From positions 556,480-610,622 of the forward strand of contig RHPI01000385.1 of NCBI GenBank assembly GCA_009103225.1: a stretch of DNA of 54,143 bases, given 5' to 3'. A program made the position numbers and the translations under genes. The stretch comes from Chlorokybus atmophyticus. Lineage: Eukaryota > Plantae > Mesostigma and Chlorokybus algae. Shown in pieces: positions 39,350-50,156 of this stretch. Below the pieces are notes generated by a model. It saw nothing but the letters and a program-made list of their open reading frames with translations, ran no database searches and was not told the DNA's origin. How positions within the stretch are numbered: the stretch's first letter is position 1; every line of letters begins with the position of its first letter.

Positions 39350-42300
39350 CAGTCTACCCCGTTACAAGAATCACGTTTATCCTGGAGCTTTTCATGCCAC
39401 TAACGGGGTTATTCTTTTTACGTTTAAAAGAATATATATTCAGTTAACGTTAAGAGAATACATATTCTTTTAGTGGGGGTCCTGCCAGAAAAGCGCATGA
39501 GCGTTCATAAGAATAAATATGCTATCAACGAAGTGTGTGCATTTCACATGTATATGATCATCATAGTGAGTTTTACGTACATCAAGGAATTGAATAACAC
39601 ACAATGCAACCTGGTGTTGTGTGACAACATGCATGCTTCAAGTGTTATGATACAACAAGTTTATGTGCATGTACAATGGCGCGCACGCATGCGTAAAATA
39701 TGTAATGAATTTGCTTGAGTGTGTACATGAGTATATTGCTTTGCGTATGTGTGCAAGAGCAAGCAGCATGCATCTGCGAGGCCATCACCACCAGTACAAG
39801 CATTGCAGACTGCACTCGTGCATGCAAGGTATGCACGCTACTCTAACTCGACCGGCTCATCGACTGTGCCACAAGTGCCACTAGTGCTAGCATCATGTCC
39901 AGAAGCACCCGCAGTGAAAAAGTCCTGTATGGTGGTCTGACGGCCAGCGTCAAACAGCTGATGCTTGATGACCACGTTGCGTAGCTGCCGTAAGGTGAGC
40001 TGATGATGCTCTGAGATGGGGCAGTCATTGGTGGCGATGAAGGCCTCCACACCATCCAAGAACCTCATGCACTCTGCCACTGTGATGCGTGGGGGTGATT
40101 CCTCATAATCATCATCTACAACACAAGGCATTGTAAGTGCCCACTCATGCACATACACGCACACGTACTGCAATGAGATCCCTCACCGTCAGCCTCATCA
40201 GGCTCAGCGGTGGCCCCCTCAACGCCTCCGACGCTTTGAAGGATGTCATCATCGCTCTGCCCGGCTTCGGTTGGGAGGGTGTCATCGACGTGAACGAACT
40301 CAGCTGGGGAGAGCATCTCCGCACGTGGAATGGGGAGACGCTGCATGATGTCCCCGATCTTCTGTACAACAGCCTGCTCGCGTGCGTCAGCGTCGGGAGT
40401 TGGCGCGTGCCAAGCAGAGGGGGTGATGCCGCTCTTCCTCCAGCAATTCGAGATGGTGATTGCGGTGAGCTCCCCGTACGCCTCGCGACACCATATGATT
40501 GCCTCGCTCAACTGCACCTTCACCGTGCGCAAGTCGGTTGTTGGGTCGGCCTCATATTGCTGCAGCAAGTACGCAACAAGCTTGCGCTTGTACCTGCCAC
40601 GACCAAAGTGAGAAGCATTACAAACTCTGACAAACAAGGGGGGCCGGGGGGGTGGTTTCCCCCACACACCCCACCCCACCCCACCCCCCACCCCACCCCA
40701 AATGTTTTTACAAGTTTTTTACATTCGGACTCAGTTTGTAATCAGAGCAACGCAGCAGCGTATGTGGCCTTGAACGCAGCAATGCCTGCGTCAAGAGGTT
40801 GAACCTTGCTGGTTGTGTTGGGAGGCAGGAACAGACACTTCACAGTGTCCACCTGCAGCGTCTTGAACCCTTTCTCTATGCCCGCGACCCCGTACTTGCA
40901 GGCGTGGGTAGAAGAGTTGTCGAGCAACAACAACACATTGCGCTTCTGCAGCTTCATCTGAAAAGCGAAGTTGCGGAGCCAGCGACTGAAGATCTGCATG
41001 AGACAACGTCTGGTCATACACACGAACTTACAATTACACATATGGACTTGCGGTTTGCACTAACAGACTTGCCAACTAGCAATACTGTCAAACACCTTAC
41101 CTCTGCATTTATCCAAGCCTTCTTGTTGTTCTCGTACTCCACACCGATGCGGATGGGAGTCCATGTGCTCCCAAAAGTACTAGGTCTTTTGGACGTACCA
41201 ATCAGCAAAAGGGGATACTTCCCGGAGCCGTCGGCATTCACACACAATGCTATTGTGAACCTATCCTTCTCTCTCTTCCCCCCTCTCGCTTCTTCACTTG
41301 CAGTGACCAATGTGCGGCGTGGACGAGACCGGTAGAACACCCCGCTCTCATCCATGTTGAAGGTGTTGGTAGCGCCGTAGTCCTCAAGAATCTCTGGCAA
41401 GTCAGCTTGGGCCATGTCGACCCCTTCTTCATCTGCATCGTTGGCTTCCCCGTGCAATGGTTTAGCGGAGATGCCATGATGCTTCTTGAACCGATTCACC
41501 CACCCATGTGATGCATTGAAGTCCTCTATGTCCAACTTGCTAGCAAAGTCCTTACCCTTCTCTATCAATATCGCGTCTGTGATGGTGGCATTGCGAGCCC
41601 GAGCTTGTACAAACCATGCATACAATGCATCCTCCAACTTGGGATGTGCTGCAAGCCGGATGTGCTTGGTACTTGCAGCGAAATTACCGCCCTGAGCTAG
41701 CGTCTCAACTTTCTTATCACGGCCAGTCAGCAACTTGGACAATGCACTCTGTTTAATTTCCAATTTCAACTTGGATTTGACAATAGCAATGAAGTTTGCT
41801 TGCCTAACGTTGGTGTTCTCGCACAACTCATTATACAACTCTAACATGCGCTTCTTGTCCTTGAGAGTGATGTTGCTACGCTAAGCGGGCTGTGGTGCAG
41901 ACATGATGACCTACAAAACGCACAGAATGGCCTTAGTGTTCACATAAACAGTCACAACAATGCACACATACACACGCGCATGTGCACAACACACACCTTA
42001 GCACAAGCCCTCCAAAGCTTGAAGCAGCTGTTCCCATCATCAAGGCATCTACTGCTACCTATCTACACCTTTGCCCCCGCCGCCGCCAACCCTCGCGCCG
42101 CCGCCGCCGCATCTTGCCGCGCCTCCAGGGGATAACCAGTGCCTCTGCAGCTGACGTGGCGGCTTAAGGCACAGAAGCACTTGCATGGGCACAAGGGCAC
42201 AAGATCAAGTGCTTGCTTGTGCCCTTGCGCACAGCACTGCTACCCCAATAAGAGCATATCACCATTGGGATTTTCATGCGGTAACATTAGTCTTATTACG

Positions 42301-42417
42301 TACAGCACTATTCCATCAAGTGAAGATATTTGCCTGTAAAACCATTGGTCTTTTGATAATCTATGATCTTAGCGGGGTTATTCCCTTAAAGCCAATTCCT
42401 TTAACGGGGGTAGACTG
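39350..42417 (-). mobile_element. pogo/Tigger-type Tc1/mariner DNA transposon, full length (3068 bp)
   Basis: TIRs cagtctaccccgttacaagaat (39350) and rc cagtctacccccgttaaaggaat (ends 42417). TA on both sides. Internal ta(a/g)cggggttatt repeats at ~39402 and ~42370. Confidence 0.93.
39838..41904 (-). pseudogene. CENP-B-like HTH + DDE_1 transposase; exons 41904-41101, 40993-40764, 40593-40187, 40115-39838
   Basis: HPKLEDALYAWF, FNASHGWVNRFKKHHG, FNMDESG, LLLDNSSTH, FLPPNTTSKVQPLDAGI, C-terminal QTTIQDFF. In-frame TAG at codon 8; intron 2 donor reads AT. Confidence 0.9.
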
Positions 42418-43149
42418 TAACCGGACCAGGGCTGCTTGCGCACCCGCGGCCAGCGCACCCGTGAATCACTGTTACGCAAAGGTACAGTCGCTGTAACCAA
42501 GCCTGGTTCGTAACTGCAATGACCAGGCGCCAACGTACCGGCTAGCGGTGGTGTACTGAAGACTCTAGGCTGCCGGCTAACTGACCATGGCTTAAACTGG
42601 TCAGCTAGCGGTGGTTAGGCTGCACCTTTTGCTCCGGCATAAAGGCCGGTTACTTGGCTGCGGGCAAGCCAAACCTTTTGCTCTGCAAAGGAGCAAAAGG
42701 TGGGCTTGACCGCGACCAAGGATACATGTAATCAATCGCGATCAGTACCGCGGTTCAGCTCGATCGCTACTGCGATTGGGTGTTTAGTCGTTTTTATTAT
42801 GGTTACCTACCTTTATTCTGCAAGATTTATGCATGCCAATGGTCGGTAGCAAATGTTGACGCATTAGAGCTCGCTAGCTAATAGGCTAGCGAGTGTATCT
42901 AATTCTACCCCCTCTTGCTGCGTCAGAAGACGCATAAGAGGGGAGCACGCTGTGCGCACCTCTTGTGCGCTGTCTTGTCACCAGGCCCCGCGCCGGGCAA
43001 ATTGCCGCCGTTGCCAGCTGTGTCGGCCTCATGGATGGTAGCCAGAGGCCGAGCAGCTGGCAACCTTGCCGTGCATGACAAGACAACTGCTGCTGCATTA
43101 GCAGCAGCAGTTGTTGTTGTTCTCTTCGGCGCTGTAAGCGCCATCGTGC

Positions 43150-43548
43150 TTGCTCAAGTGCGCGGAGCTGCTGTGCAGCGAGATGCAACAAGGCGCTGCA
43201 CCTGCCGTGCCCAACCCTTGGGCACCGCTGGAGCCCCCGCCCCCTGGCACTGTTTGTGTCTTACTTCCGCCGGAGGACAGGGTCGAGCACCAGCTTGTGG
43301 GAGGCAGCTTCCGTTCCGTCCAGTTGAGTGCGTGGCACCGGCAGGTGGCCCTGGGCATCGTCGTCGACGAGCTGTTGGCGATTGACATTGCCAAGCAAGT
43401 CGGTGTCCGCTACGCCGACGCCCGCCCCATGCACGACCGGGTGGTCATCGGCATCGGCCCCGTATACGGAGGTCAGGAGCTGCGCCTGGTGGTGGAAGTC
43501 GGCGTCAGCGACGGCAGCCTCCCCGAGCCGCGTGGCTGCTTGCTGCAG
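43150..43548 (+). CDS. Exon of an unknown protein-coding gene; the following intron holds the LTR nest
   Basis: Strong GC3 codon bias in EDRVEHQLVGG...RQVALGIVVDELLAID...VVIGIGPVYGGQELRLVVEVGVSDGSLPEPRG, ending at CAG|GTGAGT. The 5' boundary is unclear. Confidence 0.5.
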
Positions 43549-44199
43549 GTGAGTTGGGCCGCGGCTATGACACACATGTTGTGTTGAACACTGAGCTAGC
43601 GCTGGCCAACTACAGCATACACATGCACTAGAACATACACACAAGGCGTGCACACAAGGCTTGCAAAGGGGTTTCACCCGAACCAACAACTTGTTAATTC
43701 TGTTGGCCTTTATACCAGTCAGACTACAAATGTCTACTTTAGCAAGCACCGCGTGAGCTATACTCAACGGATTGCAAATATGTAAGCTTGGTTGTCCAGC
43801 TTGCAGCCAAAGCTTTTCAAGAAGCTAAGCCACGCATCCAAGCCTTAGAGCCGGGCTAAGTATACGCGGAGTTCTCGCCGTTCTCCCAAGGCGTTGGCTG
43901 CGTCAGGCTGTGCCAGCCTCATGAGCAAGTCCGGAGTCTCATGCTTGGTCATATTCCGCGTAGTGGACTCGATACTTGCAACAGACTTATGACTGATCGA
44001 TATCAGCTCTTACTAATAGCAGTATCTCTAAGGCTCATGCCTTAGCCAATTCACAAGCTGATTGAACTGAGCAGTGTGCAAGACATGCTCATGCTAACAC
44101 TCCCACGCAGGCAGCTTAGTAGACTCCAAGTCCTCTAGTGCAGTCATGGAACTTCTTTGTCACCAAAGGCTTGGTCGTGCAGTCACCCAGCATCTCCTC

Positions 44200-46475
44200 T
44201 GCTAAATGTTATAGGTTGTAAAAAGTACATGTATAGGCGGCTACATGTAGTTGGTACGATCAGCTTAACCTTTAAAGTTACGGGAGTTACGAGAGTTACG
44301 GGAGTTATGACAGTTATGGTCAACCCTGGTCAACTTTAACTTTGACCGTTGACTTTGACCATTGACTAGTGTTGACTATGACCAGAGTTGACTAGAGTTG
44401 ACTAGTGCTTAGTAGCATAATATATAAGACATTGTATACTGGTCAATACAGTGGGTCGCACATTGTCTCTATAGTTGGCGTGCTTGCTGCACTTGTCCTT
44501 AGTGTGTGCACACTTGTATGTAGGAGGCAAATACACACACACTAGGCGCATCACTAGTTCTCAACAGGTTACGGGCCCACACTCGCTTGTGTGATCGCTT
44601 GTGCTAGTGAGAGAAAGTGTTGAGCATAGGCGCCTACTAGTGGAGTGTTTTTGGGGAGAGGTGAGTTGTACTATTGTGTAGCAAGCAATGGCTGACACAG
44701 ATAGGATGCCCATTGAGTCCCTTGATTTGCACAACTACGCTTCATGGTCACTAAAGATGAAGTTGGTGCTGATCCGCAAGAAGCTCTGGAGTTTTGTCGA
44801 CCCCACCTGCTCCACATCATTGCGGCCAAGAACAGGTGACACTAGTACCTGGACAGAGAACTCACAATCAGCTTTTGCGCTGATAGGCTTGCACGTCAAA
44901 GACTTTCATCTACTCCTTATTGCGGATTGCAAAACTGGACGTGAGGCGTGGGAGGTCTTCGACACCCTTTTCAAGACCAATAGCAACTCGCGCAAGCTGC
45001 AGCTGAGACGCAAGCTAACACTTCTGAAGATGGAGCACAAAGAGCCAATCCAGAAGTACATCTCGCGTGCAAGGGAGCTTTGGCAAGACCTTGCAGCAGT
45101 GGGCCATGATGTGAAGGAAGAGGAGGTGATGTGGGCAGTCTTAGCTGGCTTAGGAAAGAGCTTTGCTACGCTAGTGACTGTGTTGGAGTCCTCAGATGTG
45201 GTTTTGAAGTTTGCTAATGTAGTGCCTAAGCTGCTAGCTGTGGAAGGCAAGTTGGATGTGCAGGAGATAGAGAATGGTGGAGAATCTTTCGCATTTGCTG
45301 CCTCATCTTCTCAACACACACGAAGCAGGAGCAAAGCAGGTGGTGGGAAGCCATCATGTGACAAAGAGTGTCACTACTGCAAGATGAAGGGCCACTTCAT
45401 TCGCGTGTGCCAGGATAGGATCCACAATGAGGCAACCAACGAGGAGCACGCCACGATGGCGATTGCTTTCTAGCATTGGTGAGGACTTCAAGCAGTTGCA
45501 GTGGATGGTGTTCGTCCGTCCACTCCCACTGCAAGGGCGCGTGAAGGACATGCGTAGATGGAGGTCGCAGACAACAGGGTTTGTGAGAGTTACTGCTAGC
45601 TTATGAGTAGTTGCTGGTGTTGAGCTCCATACACTAGAGGTTGCATTGATGTGGAGTTGTTTTTTGGTAGCACACAGGTGTGCGGTACTGGTTATAACAC
45701 TTCAATTGATTGGCATGCAAGGACTGAGTTGTATAGCTAGCTAACAGGAGATGGGAGGGGTGCTTTCATTGATAGAAGGGTTTGATCAACCGTTGCACGG
45801 CCTACACTCTGGTACAGCATTGCTAAGGTAGAGAACTCAGTGTAGTTTATAGCATAATTTGCCATTGAGGGAGTCTTTGAAACCACCTGAGCAAGGTTTG
45901 GCGTGGCGTGGTGGAACCTAATGCGACAACTATAAGGAGGAAACAAGGAGTATTGGAACCTTGTCGTCCTTTTGGCAGCACAAGGAGAAGGATGGTGTCA
46001 TGGAGACAAGCATCAAGTCCGTGGGAGCAACACATCCATGGGAGTGTTCAAAGAAGTAACTTAATGTGGGTAAGCTTGCTATAAGATCTTGGAGTTCAAG
46101 GTCAAGCTGCTCGCATGGGAGTGTTAAATGTTATAGGTTGTAGAAAGTACATGTATAGCCGGCGCCTACATGTAGTTGGTACGATCAGCTTAACCTTTAT
46201 AATTACGGGAGTTACGAGAGTTACGGGAGTTATGGCAGTTATGGTCAACCATGGTCAACTTTAACTTTGACCGTTGACTTTGACCATTGACCAGAGTTGA
46301 CTAGAGTTGATTAGTGCTTAGTAGCATAGTATATAAGACATTGTATACTGCTTAATTCAGAGGGTCGCACATTGTCTCTATAGTTGGCGTGCTTGCTGCA
46401 CTTGTCTTTAGTGTGTGCACACTTTTATGTAGGAGGCAAATACACACACACTAGGCGCATCACTAGTTCTCAACA
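44200..46475 (+). mobile_element. Non-autonomous gag-only Copia B, inserted antisense into the RNase H of A
   Basis: LTRs 44200-44566 and 46122-46475 (TG...CA), TSD TCCTC (44195-99 and 46476-80), PBS ggttacgggccca 44567-79, PPT atgggag. Confidence 0.95.
44688..45473 (+). CDS. Copia Gag of element B (261 aa, intact, CCHC knuckle)
   Basis: NYASWSLKMKLVL, RKLQLRRKL, PIQKYISRARELWQDL, CHYCKMKGHFIRVC. Homologous to the Gag of A. Confidence 0.9.
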   Translation: MADTDRMPIESLDLHNYASWSLKMKLVLIRKKLWSFVDPTCSTSLRPRTGDTSTWTENSQSAFALIGLHVKDFHLLLIADCKTGREAWEVFDTLFKTNSNSRKLQLRRKLTLLKMEHKEPIQKYISRARELWQDLAAVGHDVKEEEVMWAVLAGLGKSFATLVTVLESSDVVLKFANVVPKLLAVEGKLDVQEIENGGESFAFAASSSQHTRSRSKAGGGKPSCDKECHYCKMKGHFIRVCQDRIHNEATNEEHATMAIAF

Positions 46476-49400
46476 TCCTCCGTGTTGCAGTACTTGAACG
46501 CCACCTCCTTCCTTGCCACACGCTCGCGCACGAAGTGGTGAATCACGTCAATATGCTTTGATCGTACTGAAGCAGTTGGATGCTTTAGCAGCTTAATTGC
46601 GCCTTGGTTGTCGCAGTTTATGCTGATGCAGCTTGCAGGGTAGCATAAGTCCATCTTCAGCTTCTTCAACCACAATGCCTCCTTCAATGCCGATGAGGCA
46701 GCCATGTACTCCGCCTCTGCTGCCGAGGCAGCCACGGTAGGTTGCAGCTTACTGTTCCAGCTAATAATTCCACCATTTATTAAGAACGCGTAGCCAGTAG
46801 TTGACCTCCTCGTGTCGGGATCCCCAGCGTCACAGTAGCCCTCTAACTTCGTGTCTCCAGCACCAGCTCCCTCTCCAAAGTGAATGCCCACGCTTGTGCT
46901 CCCCATCACATAACGCAGCAACTCCTTTGCAGCTCTCCAATGCTTCATGGGTGCTGACATGTATCGTGCAAGCATTCCCACAGCATGTGCAATGTCTGGT
47001 CTAGTGCTCACGGACATGTAAAGCATGCTCCCAACCAACTCACTGTAAGGGAACTTGCTCCTGTTGAGGTGCTCTGTCTCACTCATTGCTCGCTGCAGCT
47101 TGGCTCCCACGGACATAGGTATTACCTTGCCTTTGGCGTCTCCCATTCCAAACTTCTCCACAATCCTTTGCGCCATCAACTCCTGGCTAATCTTGGCTGT
47201 CTTATTATCCATGTTTCTCTCGATCACCATGCTCAGAAACAGCTTTGCCTCTCCCGAGTCCCTCATGTCGAAAGCAGATTTGAGAGATGTCTTCACCTCC
47301 TCCAAGTCCTTCAGCTTCTTCGCAGCAGCCATGATGTCGTCGGCGTACACCAACAGCCAAATTTTCTTCTCCTTGTGCGTGAAGAGTCAAGGATCAGCTT
47401 CTGAAGGTGTGAGCCAGTCTTCTCCAACTCTTTGGTGAGCCGGATGTGTCATACTGTTGGCGCTTGCTTGAGCCCGTACAATGCCTTTACAAGTCTGCAA
47501 GCAGTGCCTGGTCCTCCCTCCTCATAGCCCTTGGGTTGCTGCATGTAGATCTCCTCCTCCAACTCTTCGTAGAAGAATGCAGTCTTCACATCCAAGTGGT
47601 GTAGCTCCCAATCCTCAGCTACCACAAGTGCAAACATGGTGCGAAAGGTTACAAGCTTACTAGCAGGGGCGAACACCTCATGAAGTCAATGCCCTCTTGC
47701 TGCAAGTACCCCTTCACCACCAATCGTGCCTTGTATCTCTCGATGCGGCCTTGCCCATCGCGCTTGATCTTGTACACCCACTTCACCGGTAAGGGCTTCA
47801 CTTCAGGTGGAAACTTCTCCAGCCTCCATGTGCCGTTGGCGTGCAAGGATGCTATCTCCTCGTCCGTCGCATGCTGCCATAGCTCTGTGTTTGGGGCTGT
47901 CATTGCCTCCTTATATGTGGTAGGCTCCTCCTCCTTGGTTAATGCTACCAAGCTTTTGAAGCGTCCTTCCTCAGGTCTCGTGCTCCTCAGCATGTACCTG
48001 GGCTCCTCATGGACCTCCACAGCTTCTTCCTCCGATGCTTGTTGCTGAGACTAATGGTTAGTATCTGTAGTTGGGTCCTCGGGGTGCGGAATGTTGTTTA
48101 TTGGTGACTCCTCCATGTGGGGGTCCTCCTCCTCCACGACAACAACAACCTCTGGGACAGCACCTGTGATGCCTTCCTTCATAAACATCACATCCCTTCT
48201 CACCACCACCTCGTTGTCTTCCAGCAGCACGCGGTAGGCCTTTGAGTTGAACTCATAGCCAATAAACACGCCCTTTTTGCTCTTGGGCGCCAGCTTCTTT
48301 TGCAGTTGCTTGGGGATGAAAACATATGTTGAGCTGACAACCCTCAACATGGAGATGTCTGGCCTTTGCTTGGTGAAAAGCTCCCACGGTGTCTTTGCTT
48401 GAGATGCTTCCGGTGAGCGATCGCGCATATACGCTGCAGTAAGCAGTGCATCGCCCCACCTATGGTCTTGCATTTTTACGTCCACCAGCATTGCTCTTAC
48501 TTTCTCCAACAGGGTTCTGTTCAGCCTCTTAGATGCTCCGTTCTGCTGCGGGGTGTAGGGTGCCGTGTATTGGTGCGTGATCTCGTGCTCGGCCAACCAG
48601 GTCTTCAATTCCTTGCTGATGTATTCTCCACCTCTATCTGACCGCACTGTCACCACCTTCTCTTCTGACTATTTCTCCATCAGGGTAAGTACCTTCTTCA
48701 GCTGTGCCGACACTTCCGACTTCAAATCCAAGGGCACCACCACCGCAACCTTGCTGTAGTCATCCAAGAATGTATAAAAATACCTGTACCCTTTAGCAGT
48801 TGCAACAGGCAGTGGTCCGCATACATCAGAGTGTACCAGTTGCAGAGGCTTGGTTGTCACACTCCGTGATGCTGGGAATGGCAATTTTCGTTGCTTCGCC
48901 AGCACACAGGGTTCACACAACACCTCTTGCATGGTTCTGAACTCCTTCGGCTTAATGTTGATGCCATCCACCATGTTTTCCTTCACTAGCCTGGTGAGGT
49001 TATCGTAGCGGAGACGTCCAAGTCATCGACGCCACAGCGCTGCGGACTCTTTGGTCGATGCAGTATACGCTTGCACTCCAGCAAGCTTCACATGATACTC
49101 TCCTCCTCCATAATCTTTGGCAATCATGTACAGGCCCCATCAAACTGTACACGCCTCAGGTCTCCCTCAAATACAGTCCTAGCCCCCAGCTCTTGCAGCA
49201 GCACGCACTGAAACTAGACTAACAACCGCTCGGGGAACATGTAACACATTGCGCAAGTACACTTGCCTCTCAGCTCCGTTTACAGTGCAATCGAGGTGGC
49301 TGTCCCCCATGCCAATGGCTGCTTCCTCACTGCTCCCAAATGTGACCATGACAGGCTTGTCAATAAGCCTGTAGCTCTGGAACTGCTCCTTGTCAAAGGT

Positions 49401-50156
49401 GAGTTGCTTGTTGCACCCGGAGTCCAGCACCCAAGCAGTAGCAGATCTTGACAATGCAGCCATAAACGCCATAGGTTTCTCACCCTTGTTGTCGTGTCCG
49501 TCACCCTCCGCCTTCTCTTGTTCCGCAAACCACAGCCGGCACTCCATCTTGAAGTGGCCCTTCTTCCCACAATAATGACACTTGAGGGTCTTCTTGTAGT
49601 CCTTCCCCTTCCTGCTGCCACCGTTGTACGAGCCTCCTCCTCCACCCTGACTTCCGTTCTTTGAGCTTGAAGCAGCAAACGCCACCGAATCTGCTTCATC
49701 CCTTCTCCTGCCTGTCTTCTCTTCTTGTTGAAGCAGCATGGGCAGCACCACATTGAGCTTGAGTTCCTCCCTTTGCGTCTCAAGCACGGTCACCACCATG
49801 TCGTACTCTTCAGGAAGATTGGAGAGGATAGCCCAAATCAGCTCCACCTCCTTCACCTCGTGGCCTATCGAAGTGAGGTCTTTCCACAGCTCCCTTGCTC
49901 GTCCCGCGTACTTGGAGATAGGCTCCGCTGACTCCTTTTTCAGCGCGTTCAGCTACCTTCTTAGCTGCAGCTTCCTTGCAATGTTGCTTGCTTTGAATGT
50001 GTCTGCCAACTTTTGCCACGCTTTCTTGGCATGCTCACACTCATCAAGCATTACAAGATGGTGATCTTTCACGTTAAAGCATAGCAATGCAAGTGCCTTT
50101 TCACTCTTCTCCAACCACACACTCTGCGTACCCTCTACAGGTGCGTCACCATTGAG

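Noticed and set aside
43261-43767. Minus-strand 168-aa ORF
   Set aside because: It starts inside the LTR and is the antisense shadow of the GC3-biased plus-strand exon.
49953-49955. Programmed readthrough at the TAG in Copia A gag
   Set aside because: It is mid-gag, the homologous position is a sense codon in gag B, and the rest of pol is decayed.
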